Source of the DNA: an uncultured Spirochaetota bacterium | GTDB lineage: Bacteria > Spirochaetota > Brevinematia > Brevinematales > JAOACQ01 | DNA length: 64,000 nucleotides | Reading direction: 5' to 3' | Assembly (NCBI GenBank): GCA_963783575.1 | Contig: CAWAOD010000004.1 | Coordinates: 258,056-322,055, forward strand | Shown here: piece after piece, positions 39,957-51,200 of the stretch | Numbering within the stretch: the first letter of the stretch is position 1 | Layout: each line of letters opens with the position of its first letter | Program-made: the position numbers and the translations under genes | Notes under the pieces: generated by a model | Database searches by the model: none | Told to the model about the DNA's origin: nothing | What the model saw: the letters and a program-made list of their open reading frames with translations, nothing else

Positions 39957-41665
39957 CCCAAACTGAGCGATTTTTTAATAAATACCAAAAACAGGTTTAT
40001 AAAAGCCAAAATTTATAAAAATTTGGATATATTTTTTTGTCACCGGTTAATTTGCCGAATTTATGCGTTTGAAAGCACTAAAATCATCAATCTCTGAGAT
40101 ATTTTCAATTTTTGGCGCAATACCCCCTTATTAATCCATGAAAACAGAGCGCATCTTTAAATCGGGGTAACCGTTCCGCATTTCTCCCACAAATCTAACA
40201 ATTTAAACCTGTCAACTACTTCTTCCCTGAATTTTAAAATAGCCCGCCCGCCTGTTTTAACAATCTTTCCCGCAATATCAATAAATATTCGCCTGACCGT
40301 ATCCGGATAACTTTCCACTGGTATTTCCGGTATATCCATATCCGCCTGATAAGCCGACAGCAGATTATACGCTATTATCGATAAAAAATAATATACACCG
40401 TTTGATACAAAACTCTTAAACGGCAGTGTTTCATCCACGAATTCTTTTATTCCACGGTTCACCAGTTCATCTTTTGCCCTCAGATGATAGAGCCTCACTA
40501 TTTCCTCTGCCGTCATATATTTCACAAGCCCCTTTTCTTTCAATACTTCCGCTTCTTCAAGATTTGTATAAATAATATTTTCAGGCCTGTCGAACGCTAA
40601 TCTGAAAACCCCGTCTTCACATTCATATTTGGTATAAATGGCACGGTATCCCTTTTCCCAGCTATCCCGTCTGTCCCGAAAGTCCAGGTATTCAATTACA
40701 TCTCCTTTTTTCTCAAACCTTCTCCATTCTTCCGGCAATCGCTTCATCAAATCGAGTTTGATTGAATCCAGTATTCTCCCGCCGCATATAAAGAACAGTT
40801 TCAGGTCTTCCAGCTTCTTAAAATACTTTTGGTCAAAAAACCCGCTATCAGACACAACGATAATCGGCACCTCTTTGTCATAGCATTTCCGGATTTCCTT
40901 CACTGTTTCTTCCAGCATTGTAAACAGATCGTCACCGTGATTCGGGGATTCGCTTCCTTCGTGGAACGCCAGGTTCACGATAAAACCATTCCAATACATA
41001 TGCAGCGGATGATACCCGTTAACCTTTTTGTGGGTATAAGTCACGCCGTTTCGCTTTTTAGCGTCATCATTATTCAGTACCATCGTATCAAGTCCGAGAA
41101 TAATAACTTTCGGGTTCTTTATCTTGAGACGCCAGACAAAAAGCTTAATTAGAATCTTTTGAAGCTCTTTAAACATTGTCTTTTTTACCACTGAAAAAAA
41201 TCTCTTTATCACATGGGATGAGCACATATTGTCTTTGCTGCATTCAATGGCCTTTCTGTGCCCGATATCATTTGCCAATTCATCAAACCGGGTCATGGTA
41301 AATTTGCTTCCATCTATGAAAAACAGCATCAATTGAGAAATAATTTTTTCTATATCTTTACCTTTGCGGCTCTTGCGAATTCCCTGAAATACTTCGCTGA
41401 TCAGGGGAATAACTTTAATATTCTTGAGATATCTCAGGACAAACGTAAGCCCGCCGCGGCTGGTAAGACAATCTTTCGTTATGCCGATTTTTTGAATCTC
41501 ATTTCCCTGAATTTTGCGATTTTTATTTTTTTCAGTCATAATTTACCTGCTTTTGCACCCAATGGGTGTTATTCCGGGGTAAGGATGGCTGTAACCATTT
41601 CCTTACCCCATTTTATTTTAGCATGGTTTTATTTTTATGGATAGTTAAGAATCGCTCAGTTTAGG
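39957..41665 (-). mobile_element. IS1380-family insertion sequence with a 5-bp target duplication
   Basis: IRs CCCAAACTGAGCGATT (39957-39972) and CCTAAACTGAGCGATT (reverse complement of 41650-41665); CAATA direct repeats at 39952-39956 and 41666-41670. Confidence 0.9.
40157..41539 (-). CDS. IS1380-family transposase
   Basis: LTSRGGL, LDT, GYHPL, DSGF and YHLRAKDE...KE motifs; RRIFIDIAGKIVKTGGR. Confidence 0.9.
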   Translation of the reverse strand: MTEKNKNRKIQGNEIQKIGITKDCLTSRGGLTFVLRYLKNIKVIPLISEVFQGIRKSRKGKDIEKIISQLMLFFIDGSKFTMTRFDELANDIGHRKAIECSKDNMCSSHVIKRFFSVVKKTMFKELQKILIKLFVWRLKIKNPKVIILGLDTMVLNNDDAKKRNGVTYTHKKVNGYHPLHMYWNGFIVNLAFHEGSESPNHGDDLFTMLEETVKEIRKCYDKEVPIIVVSDSGFFDQKYFKKLEDLKLFFICGGRILDSIKLDLMKRLPEEWRRFEKKGDVIEYLDFRDRRDSWEKGYRAIYTKYECEDGVFRLAFDRPENIIYTNLEEAEVLKEKGLVKYMTAEEIVRLYHLRAKDELVNRGIKEFVDETLPFKSFVSNGVYYFLSIIAYNLLSAYQADMDIPEIPVESYPDTVRRIFIDIAGKIVKTGGRAILKFREEVVDRFKLLDLWEKCGTVTPI

Positions 41666-41688
41666 CAATAAACTGTTGAGGGTAGTTT

Positions 41689-42981
41689 TTAGACCGGCCC
41701 TTCTTTTATTTCTTTTAAGTTTATCGCCCATAAGTTAAGAATAAACATTAATAATGCAATCCCAATAAAAAGTAAACTGATCCATACATATTGAACTAAA
41801 AATCCGCCGGCAAGATAGCCAACAGGCATAATAAAAGCGCCAATGGATCGCTGAAGGCCCCAAAATCTTCCCCTATACTCATCTGAAGTATAATTTTGAA
41901 ATATTACATTGGTAGAAATCATAAAAAAGGTTACTCCAATACTAAGGAACATACCCCCAATTGCAAAAAACACGGTCATGCTCCAGTTATTAATGTGCGG
42001 CTGTATCTGCGGTAATAATATCGGTGCTCCAATTATAAAACAAATGCTGTAGACCAGCAATCCCCAAAATATGGAATTTCTAAGCTTTAAACGGCTTATA
42101 AAAATGGGCGCTATTATTGAACCGAAAATAAGCCCGATCCAGCCGCCGCTTTGAGTTATGGCTAATTGAAAAGGAGTCGCTTTAAGAATTACGTTAAACA
42201 GATAGGGGCTAAAAACCATTATGACAGGATAAACTATTAATAAAAACATGGCGTTCAGCAATGTCAGATTAAAAATCAGGCTGTTTTTTTTAACATAGAG
42301 AAAACCTTCATATAATTCATTAATTACTTTATTGAACTCATGGATAAAGGATATGTTTTTTATATAATTGATCGGCTTATTATAGGGCAGATTGATACAG
42401 CTTTCCAAAAATCCGGAAATTAAATATGAAACTGCGTTTATCAAAAATATGACAAAAACCCCAATTAAATTATAAAGAATACCGCTGATTAATAGCCCGG
42501 CCGCGGCACAAAAGCTGAATACGAACTGATCTAATGATGTAGCTTCCGTTAATTGATCCTTATCTACAATATTTGGTATGATGGCGCTTGATGCTGGTGA
42601 AAATATTGCTCCGCATGTTCCTAAAAATACTGCGCTTACATATATCATCCAGATTTGAAGCATATGGTTATATAGTAGAACAGCTGATAATATAACAACT
42701 ATTCCGCGTATTGTATCCATCCAAACCATTATATATTTTCTGTTTAATCGGTCTGCTATGAGACCGCCAAACAGAGAAACAATTGCAACCACTGATGTAT
42801 CAATTACCAAAAATGATGCCATTTGTATTCCCGATTTTGTGACTTCGAGTATATACCAGCTTAAAGCAAATGTATATATTTGATCTCCCAGTTGAGATAT
42901 GATTTTACCGGAAAAAAGAAGACTGTAATTCCGGATGAATAATACACTTTTTTGCTTTGTTTTTACTGATTCCGGCTTCAT
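41689..42981 (-). CDS. MFS efflux transporter (DHA3/Mef-like), candidate product exporter
   Basis: GKIISQLGDQIY, GLIADRLNRK and EYRGRFWG motifs; 12-TM pattern. Confidence 0.88.
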   Translation of the reverse strand: MKPESVKTKQKSVLFIRNYSLLFSGKIISQLGDQIYTFALSWYILEVTKSGIQMASFLVIDTSVVAIVSLFGGLIADRLNRKYIMVWMDTIRGIVVILSAVLLYNHMLQIWMIYVSAVFLGTCGAIFSPASSAIIPNIVDKDQLTEATSLDQFVFSFCAAAGLLISGILYNLIGVFVIFLINAVSYLISGFLESCINLPYNKPINYIKNISFIHEFNKVINELYEGFLYVKKNSLIFNLTLLNAMFLLIVYPVIMVFSPYLFNVILKATPFQLAITQSGGWIGLIFGSIIAPIFISRLKLRNSIFWGLLVYSICFIIGAPILLPQIQPHINNWSMTVFFAIGGMFLSIGVTFFMISTNVIFQNYTSDEYRGRFWGLQRSIGAFIMPVGYLAGGFLVQYVWISLLFIGIALLMFILNLWAINLKEIKEGPV

Positions 42982-43030
42982 ATAAAAACTCCCGGTAACA
43001 ATCGATCTGTAATATCCATTAAGGATAAAG

Positions 43031-44540
43031 TTAAATTTCTAATAAACGCTTATTTAATATCTCTGCCGTTTCATTCAACAATTTCTCGGCAATTTCATCA
43101 GACATGCCTCATTTTCCAGCTTTCTAACTTTGTCCCCTTTACCCATTGGTTAAATGCCCCTAGAGCTGGACCGCAATGAACCTGAAAATCCACTACTTTT
43201 TCTTTGTCTCCCTCTAAAGCCAGCAATGTTGAATAATGGAAATACCACTTAAATATTAAGCTCATCTTATGCTTAGGATTTTTTTCCGCTTCATTGATTT
43301 CATCTTCAGGATAAAATGCTTTGCAATCATCATATACACTCTGAAAGGATCGTTTAAACCACTTGTCCTGAATGCGTCTTTTATCCTGCTCGCTAATTTC
43401 ATCCAAAGAATTATAAAACCGGTATAAATCGTAAAGCTTATTCGCCCTGGCTGGAAATAACACCCCCTTTTTAATCACCTGCACCCTCGCTCCCAATTCA
43501 AACATATCGCCGGCAGGCGCATACTCGGTGTCCTGTATATTTATCGTTTCCAATAGATCTTTTACTTCGCTGCTTGTTTTTGCTTCCACCGTGCACTGGT
43601 TGATAGAGCCTGTCACAATAAAGTCCGCACCTAAAATAAAGGCCGCCGCCGCTGCGTCAGGAGTTCCGATTCCGCCTGCAGCCCCTACTCTTACATTGGT
43701 CTTATATCTATATTTTTCCATTATTCTGTCTCTTATGCCAATAATTGACGGAATCAGTACAAAAGCGACGCCTTGGTCCGTATGCCCCCCGGAATCCGCC
43801 TCCACGCAAAGATCGCTTACAACAGGGACATATTTTGATAAATCCGCCTGCTCTTTGGTGATTTCTCCATTTTCCAGTAACCTGGTAATGATTTTTTCAG
43901 GCGCGGGACTTAATAACGCCTCGGCGACTTCCGGCCTTGAGATTTTTCCGATTATTCTGTTTTTTGCCGATATTATTCCATTATTATCTATGCTCAATCC
44001 CTTGGCCCTGAACTTGACCAGAGGTAAAGTCACATTAAAATATGCTGCGGCTTCGATATTTTTAACATTGTATTTCAAAAATAGATCTATTATACCGTTT
44101 TCAATCTCTTCATAAACCGGGTTTAATATATTCATCCCAAATGCCTGATGATCAGTAATATTACTTTGAATACGGCAAATCGCCTCTTCAATTTCCCTTT
44201 GGGTTAAGCCGCCGGTTCCAAAAAATCCCATCATTCCGGCCTTTGCCATTCTTATTACCATTTCTTCCGAAGCTACGCCTTTATACATTCCCCCGGTTGC
44301 ATATGAATATTTAACATTATATTCTTTCCTAAATTCCCCGCTTCCCAGAGTGCCTGCCGTTTTTTCCCCATATTTTTTTATTTGACTTACATCTTTCATT
44401 TCACCATTTAAAATATCCTCATTTATGCTCTTTGTATGATTGATTCCTTTATTTTTACCTGATGGAATTGAATTTTTGTTTTTAGATTTTTTCATCCCTT
44501 TTTCTTGTGACGTCTGCCTTGGGGTTACATAGGCTTTCAT
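43031..44540 (-). CDS. PfaD/PksE-type trans-acting FMN enoyl reductase; a +1 frameshift near 43100 removes the last ~22 aa
   Basis: EADSGGHTD, GAAGGIGTP, APAGDMFE and QVHCGPALGAFNQW motifs; the tail DEIAEKLLNETAEILNKRLLEI* continues in another frame to 43031. Confidence 0.88.
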
Positions 44541-44561
44541 TTTTTCTCCTTAAAAATTTTA

Positions 44562-45527
44562 TTAAAACATAATATTTGATAAATATTTTTGAATTTTTTC
44601 CAAATTTTGCAATTCATTCCCAAATGGGGTTATAATTTCAAAGGCTTTTGATTTTGAGCTTACGGATAGGTTTTTCCTGACAAAATTGGACAAGGTTCCC
44701 GACGGCCCTAAATCCAGGTAAATAAAGCTGCCTTTTTTCTCATTTTCAAAAATCGCTTCCGGAAAAAACATCTTTTCGCTGATTACATCCCAATAATATT
44801 TATAATTTACTTCATTTATTTCTTTTCCTTTTAAACATGAAATATAAGGCATTACAGGTTTTTTAAACTCCATCTTTTGTAAAAATTCCTGATATGCCGA
44901 TCTTGAAGGTTCTAATAATCTTGTATGAAAAGGAAAGGATACCGGCAATACCTGATTTAAAATTTCCCGCTTCTTTAAAAAATCCAGGATTATTCCAAGT
45001 TTTTCCCTTTCTCCTGAAATTACAAAATGTGAATCGAAGTTCCTGGAAACAAATTCGCTATTCTCATTTAATATTGGCGTATTAATAAATAAATCCGGGC
45101 TGTCAATTATGGCAAGCATAAATCCTTCCCGGCATTTTTCCTCAAGAATTTCCGCTTGTTTTATAACCGCTTTTAGTATTTCCTCATAGCCGCAAGTTTC
45201 TGCGATTACCGAGGCCGTAAACTCGCCAAGACTTGAACCGAGAACAATATCCGGCTTTATTCCTATATCCATAAGCAATTTTGCCATGGAGTATTCAACC
45301 ATAAAAATGGCAGGATGAGAAAATAGCAAGCGATTAAACACCTCGCTTTTACTTTTCTTCTCATCATACATATGATTGATTATTGAAGTTCCAATAATAC
45401 CATAAACAATCTCATCAAGCTTTATCATCCATGTTTTAAATGTTCTATTATTATCAAATATGATTCTGCCCATTTGATAATATTGGGATCCCTGCCCTGA
45501 AAACATAAAAACCAAAGAATTACGCAT
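44562..45527 (-). CDS. acyltransferase-like proofreading acyl hydrolase (PksD type)
   Basis: VFMFSGQGSQYYQMG, SHPAIFMVEY, GSSLGE and YLDLGPSGTL motifs. Confidence 0.8.
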   Translation of the reverse strand: MRNSLVFMFSGQGSQYYQMGRIIFDNNRTFKTWMIKLDEIVYGIIGTSIINHMYDEKKSKSEVFNRLLFSHPAIFMVEYSMAKLLMDIGIKPDIVLGSSLGEFTASVIAETCGYEEILKAVIKQAEILEEKCREGFMLAIIDSPDLFINTPILNENSEFVSRNFDSHFVISGEREKLGIILDFLKKREILNQVLPVSFPFHTRLLEPSRSAYQEFLQKMEFKKPVMPYISCLKGKEINEVNYKYYWDVISEKMFFPEAIFENEKKGSFIYLDLGPSGTLSNFVRKNLSVSSKSKAFEIITPFGNELQNLEKIQKYLSNIMF

Positions 45528-45573
45528 AAATACTCCTAGGCAATATCGTAAAAACCGTTTAATTTTGATTTTA

Positions 45574-46722
45574 CTACCGGGTGTCTTTATTAAAATATCT
45601 TGTTAACCCAAACCTGGATATCATTTCCTGCTGTATTTGCGATGTGCCTTCAATTATCTCCAATACCTTAGCCTCTCTGAACAAGCGTTCAACAGGATAG
45701 CCGCTGCAGCAGCCGTTTCCTCCATGCACCTGAACGGCATCAATGGTCACTTCCATCGCAACTTTCGAGGTAAAATATTTTGCGATGGTCGTTTCCATTA
45801 TCGCATCGGGATGATTGTTTTTTCGCATTTCCGCGGCTTTCAGGCAAATGGCGCGGGCGGCATGAACCTTTGTTACGGCGTCGCCGATCATTCCCTGAAT
45901 CAGCTGATAGGTGCGGATCTTCTGCCCGAATTGGGACCGTTTCCTTGAATAGGTCACCATAGCCTCTAACGCCGCCTGCGCTATTGAAACTCCGGCCCAG
46001 GCAATGCTGTACCGTCCATGATCCAGAGCGGTATTTGCGATATAATTAAATCCGCTATTCAACTTGCCTACCAGGTTTTCCTTTGGAACTTTAACGTCTT
46101 TTAATTCTATTTCGGCTACCTGAGCGGCGCGGCTTGCTAGCAGCCCCTTGATCGGCCAAGTGGAAATCCCTTCAAATTCCCTTTCTACTAAAAAAGCGCT
46201 GATTCCATTGTCATCCGCCGCCATAACCAGAAGCAGATCGGCGGTATTACCGAACGTGATCCATTTTTTGCGGCCATTTATTATGTAATATCCGTTTTCC
46301 TCTCTAAATCTTGTTTGTATTCCTTTAGCGTCAGATCCGACTTCAGGTTCGGAAAGAGCAAAGGCCGCGATTTTTTTACCCGATGCCATTAAAGGGATCC
46401 ATTTCTCCTTCTGAGATTTGCTTCCCCACTTAAGAAGCGTTTCTCCAACAAGGGAGGTATGAACTGTTAAAAGGGCCCGGGTTGAGCAGCAAGCCTTCCC
46501 TATTTCTTCCGTAAACCTGCCGTAGTATTCGGGATCCAGTCCTAGCCCTCCCTGTTCTATGGGGAAAGACGCCGCCAAATAACCCTTTGCGGCCATCTTA
46601 GCGATCATTCCACTGTCGATTACACCTTTCTCATCGAAATCGGCAGCATATGGCCGAATCTCCTTGGCGGCAAATTCCCTCACCTCATCCAATATTTTTT
46701 CCTGATATTCTTTTTCGGCCAT
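45574..46722 (-). CDS. acyl-CoA dehydrogenase (FkbI/ZmaE type)
   Basis: FALSEPEVGSD, KKWITFG, LDHGRYSIAW and EIIEGTSQIQ motifs; adjacent to ACP and fkbH. Confidence 0.88.
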   Translation of the reverse strand: MAEKEYQEKILDEVREFAAKEIRPYAADFDEKGVIDSGMIAKMAAKGYLAASFPIEQGGLGLDPEYYGRFTEEIGKACCSTRALLTVHTSLVGETLLKWGSKSQKEKWIPLMASGKKIAAFALSEPEVGSDAKGIQTRFREENGYYIINGRKKWITFGNTADLLLVMAADDNGISAFLVEREFEGISTWPIKGLLASRAAQVAEIELKDVKVPKENLVGKLNSGFNYIANTALDHGRYSIAWAGVSIAQAALEAMVTYSRKRSQFGQKIRTYQLIQGMIGDAVTKVHAARAICLKAAEMRKNNHPDAIMETTIAKYFTSKVAMEVTIDAVQVHGGNGCCSGYPVERLFREAKVLEIIEGTSQIQQEMISRFGLTRYFNKDTR

Positions 46723-46734
46723 ATTACACCTCGT

Positions 46735-46983
46735 TTAATTTTTTTGCATCTTATTAACATATGAGACAATTTTATTTACGGAATTGAAATTGTTGATATC
46801 CAGATCCTTATCCGGCACGGATATATTGTATTGCGATTCAATAAAATTTATTATTTTCATCGCAAACATTGAATTTACGAAGCCCATTTTAAAAAAGTTA
46901 TCGTCGTTGCCGAATACTGCCTCATCGTCAAAAACATCCAGATTACTTTCAATCAGATTTCTTATTTCATCTACCATACTCAT
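46735..46983 (-). CDS. acyl carrier protein (FkbJ/ZmaD type)
   Basis: GFVNSMFAMK motif. Confidence 0.88.
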   Translation of the reverse strand: MSMVDEIRNLIESNLDVFDDEAVFGNDDNFFKMGFVNSMFAMKIINFIESQYNISVPDKDLDINNFNSVNKIVSYVNKMQKN

Positions 46984-46993
46984 GATACCCTCT

Positions 46994-48037
46994 CTATTTA
47001 CAGTTTATTTTTAGTTTAATATATGGCGGAAAATCCTGAATCGATGAAAGATCGTTTTCAAATAATATATTGCCGCCTTCATCCGAACTGACTTCCTGAA
47101 AATTTGAAAACTTATATGAAACAAGCATCATACGATTCTTTGAGGTTTTTTTAAAGTCCGCATGCAGTTTCTTGCCGTGTTTTTTGGTTTCCTTCATAAT
47201 AAAGGACATAAGGACCGTACCGACACCCCTTGAAATCACTCTGCAGGACATCAGCAGAAGCTTTAAGTGCCAGTATTCATCGCTAATCTCCACCAAGGCA
47301 AGGCCTATTTTGCCATACGAGCCGTATTTATCCTTTAATTCGCAGATATAAAGCTTATGGCTATCGCTGGTTCTGAACCTATTCAATTCACTATAGTCGT
47401 ATGTTACTCCCGTGGAATTCAGCTGATTGGTTCTGACCGTTAGCTCCTCAGCCCTTTGAAGGTCTTGCTCTTGGGCGTCGGAAATCTCAAATTCCATTTC
47501 AAGAGACGCCAGAAAGTTTTCATTGGGGCCTTCAAATGCTTCCTCCATTTTTTTTCTTAGTATGTCGGTTTTGTACATTCCGCGCCGCTTACTCGAATCC
47601 GGGGTTATAAACCTTGGATTCAGGCAGGGAGCATTGAGCAAGTCCATATATTCCGCAGCATCAACGCAAACAACTTCATTATGAACGCTCTTAACTTCAT
47701 CCCGCTCAAAGGCCTGGTCATCGACAAATAATATTGTGTCGAAACCGATATTAATATTTTTTTGAATCCTTTCAACCGAGGAAGACTTTGTGTTCCAATG
47801 AATTTCAGAATACAAAAAATAATCATCCAGCTTAAACTCTTTCAATTTTGCAGTTGCATCGTTAAAGTCGTTTTTACTGGCAATAGACTGCAGAATCCCG
47901 CGCGAATCAAGAGTTTTTATTATTTCCATAATGCCGGGTTTCAAGGTTACGTTTTTTGATTCAAGTAAAATTCCATCCCATATTGTATTATCAAGATCCC
48001 AGATGACACACTTAATTTCCTTTGACGCTTCAACCAT
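46994..48037 (-). CDS. fkbH: FkbH-family glyceryl-ACP synthase (HAD-IIIC)
   Basis: KCVIWDLDNTIWDG, ASKND, FVDDQAFE, RTNQLN and LLMSCRV motifs. Confidence 0.93.
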   Translation of the reverse strand: MVEASKEIKCVIWDLDNTIWDGILLESKNVTLKPGIMEIIKTLDSRGILQSIASKNDFNDATAKLKEFKLDDYFLYSEIHWNTKSSSVERIQKNINIGFDTILFVDDQAFERDEVKSVHNEVVCVDAAEYMDLLNAPCLNPRFITPDSSKRRGMYKTDILRKKMEEAFEGPNENFLASLEMEFEISDAQEQDLQRAEELTVRTNQLNSTGVTYDYSELNRFRTSDSHKLYICELKDKYGSYGKIGLALVEISDEYWHLKLLLMSCRVISRGVGTVLMSFIMKETKKHGKKLHADFKKTSKNRMMLVSYKFSNFQEVSSDEGGNILFENDLSSIQDFPPYIKLKINCK

Positions 48038-48219
48038 CTATTCCTCCTTTGAAAGTTTATTTAAAGGCAGTTCTTTCTCCATATAAATACTTTTGTAATG
48101 AATATTATTTTAATGTAAACCTATGAATATTTCATTTTATTGTAATATTTTATTCGTTTTTAAGCATATCCCATTTTTTGGTTTTTGATATGCCGAATCG
48201 CTGTAATCTACTATCATAT

Positions 48220-51200
48220 TTATTTAAACAGTTCAAATTGTCTCAGGCAATTATCCCACCATTTTTCGCCAATCTCCGTAAATTTAATTTTTGTGCCCTG
48301 CAGCATCCTACTGATATTTTCATGCTTCATGCCGCTTTTTATAAAATAAAATTCAAAAAAACTCATATTGTTCGAATCATTTCTCTGGAAGCTGTTTATC
48401 AATACCTTTTTCATATAAGTCTCGGGCAGACTTTTGACATATTGCAAACAATGATCGGTCCATTCATCAAAATTTACTTTCAATAACGAGGGGTTTTTCC
48501 CTTTCAGGAAATTAAAAAAGGTTTCTACAGGTAAAGGATCGGGATTCGTCAAATGATATATTTTTCCATAGCAGTCCTCTTTTTGGCTCACGGCGGCAAT
48601 TGCCCGCACGACATAATCGACCGGCACAAGATCGATTACCCCGCTTTTCCATTCAGGAACGCTTCCCACCTCATTAAACACTTTCAGAAAGTTATGTATC
48701 AGACTGCTTTCAACAACACCGTATCCTGTTTCCGAATCTCCGGTAATATTTCCGGCGCGAAAGACCGTTACTGGAACGCCTTCTCTCTGCGCCTGAAACA
48801 GATGGTGCTCGCTAACCCATTTTGACTGACCGTAGCCGTTTATTAATCCTTTTCCGCTTTCTATCAGCTCCTCGGATTGATGAAATAATATTGAATTCCC
48901 TGCCAGGTAGCAGCAGACTCCGCTTGATGAAATAAAATGAACCGGCTTTATATTTTTACTTGCCGCAAACTCTATTATCGATATTGTTCCGTCTACATTT
49001 ACCGGCTTATGAGACTGGTAATTCAGTATATGATTGACATAAGCCCCGCAATGATAGATCATCTCAATGGAGCCGCATAATTCATCATAGGCTTTTTTAG
49101 CCATTCCCAGCCGCCGTTTCGATAAATCCCCTAAAACCGGAATGATACGGGATTGGTACCCGGGATTCCATAATCTGTATTTTTCAAAGTTATTTTGAAT
49201 CCGCTTCAGAGCCTGTGACGAAGTCTTTTCTCTCACCAGGCAAAACAGCATTTTTGAGTTGTCCTTTAATATCTCATTGGCCAAATAAGCTCCAACAAGT
49301 CCCGTTACGCCTGTCAGGAATATTTTTCCCGGCCGGCTATTATGTATAAAAGCCTTTAATTCTTTATTCGGGAATATTCCGGCCGGTAATTCCCTGTCTT
49401 TCTCCCAGGGAGATATGGATTCATCGATTTTATCGGAATATGCTTGAGGTTTTGATGGATCCAATTGATTTAAAATACCCTGGATTGTGAATTCAGAATA
49501 AAACCGCATTTGATCCAATTCCACTCCGAATTTCTCCTTTATCTTACCCAGGAATTCAACTCCGGCAATGGAATCCATTCCATATTCCAGCAGCTGCTTT
49601 CCGGAATTGATCTCAAAATCAGGAGATAAGCCTAAAAATTCTTTAAGAAGATCGGTTAAGAGACTTAATGTATCCTTAACAATATTCTTCGGTCTATCCG
49701 CTTTATTATCCTGCTCTTTTGCCCCGCTTCCTCTTTCCGCAGCGGAATTGCGCGCTTCCTGAACTGGCGCGGCCCAATACCTCTCTTTCTGAAAAGGATA
49801 TGTCGGCAAAGAAATCCGTTTTGCTTCAATATTATTATTGAGCGTTTCCCAGGGAATATCGCCGCCCTGTGTCCAATAATATGCGATCTTTTCATAATTA
49901 TTTCTTTCGAGGATCAATTTTTCTTCATTTCCCTCCAAGAAAAACGGACCGATGTTCCGGTTATCTTTTTCAATATCGCCTTCATAAATCTTCATATTCT
50001 CTTTAATGGCTTGATTTCCGTCAATTGATCGCAGATAAGACTGCATCGCGCCGGAAAGCTCGTTCAGGCTTTTCACTACAAACGCCGCCCGGAACCGCAT
50101 CTTCTCCCGCCCGATCTGAAGGGTATACGCCAGATCCACAAGGTCAATATGATGTTTTTTTTGAACGAAATCAAGCATATTCTCAATGATAGCCCTCAAA
50201 CTATCCTTGTTTTTAGCGGAAAATATTATTATCCGGGGTAAATCGGCAGGCTCATGACAAGCATCAGAAGGACGGTATTCCTCAATGACCGCATGCGCGT
50301 TTGTTCCACTATTACCGGTTGCAGTTATTGCGCATAATTTCAACCTGTTTCCCTCGGTCTCCCATTTTTGATTTTCATTATCGACTATAAAAGGGCTATC
50401 CTTGATATTGATAAACTCATTGGCGTTTTCAAAATTCCTTGTACCGGGAATAACGTGATGCTGCATTGCCAATAAAAGCCCGATAATTCCGACTATGCCT
50501 GAAGCCGCAAATGTATGTCCGATCAACGGCTTAATCGACCCTATCCTGCAAAATCCTTTCTTATCCGTATATTTTTTAAAAGCGTTCGTTAGCGCCTGGA
50601 TTTCAATTGAATCGCCTAGCTTTAATCCCAGGCTATGCGCCATAATATATTGAAAATCGGCGGGATTGATATGGAATTTATCGTAAGCGTTTTTAACCAG
50701 CTCTTCCTGGCTGATCGGATTCGGCGCGTTAATTCCGTTTGTCCTTCCGTCATAATTGACCCCGCTGGCTTTTATACACCCATAAATCTGATCATTATCG
50801 GATATTGCCTTTGATAAAGGCTTAAGAAGAACCACTGCCACCGCTTCACCGGGCACCAATCCGTTTGCCTGACGGTCAAAAACACGGCACTTGCCTTCCG
50901 GCGAAAGCATTCCTGCCTGTCCCATTCCTATATATGAAAGCGGCGATATAGCCAGGTTTATTCCGCCTACAAGCGCCATCTCGCAGTCACCGAAGCGAAG
51001 CGCGAGGCATGCCTGATGCAGGGCGACCAGGCCCGACGAGCATGCGGTTGTCAGTGACATATTCGGGCCCTTAAGGTCCAGGAAATAGGCGATACGCGCC
51101 GACAGGGTCGCATTCTGATTGCAGTTAATGTTGCTTTCACCCGTCAGGAACATATATTCACTTTCCTCCACGCCCACATAAACGCCGCATGTTTTCCCCT

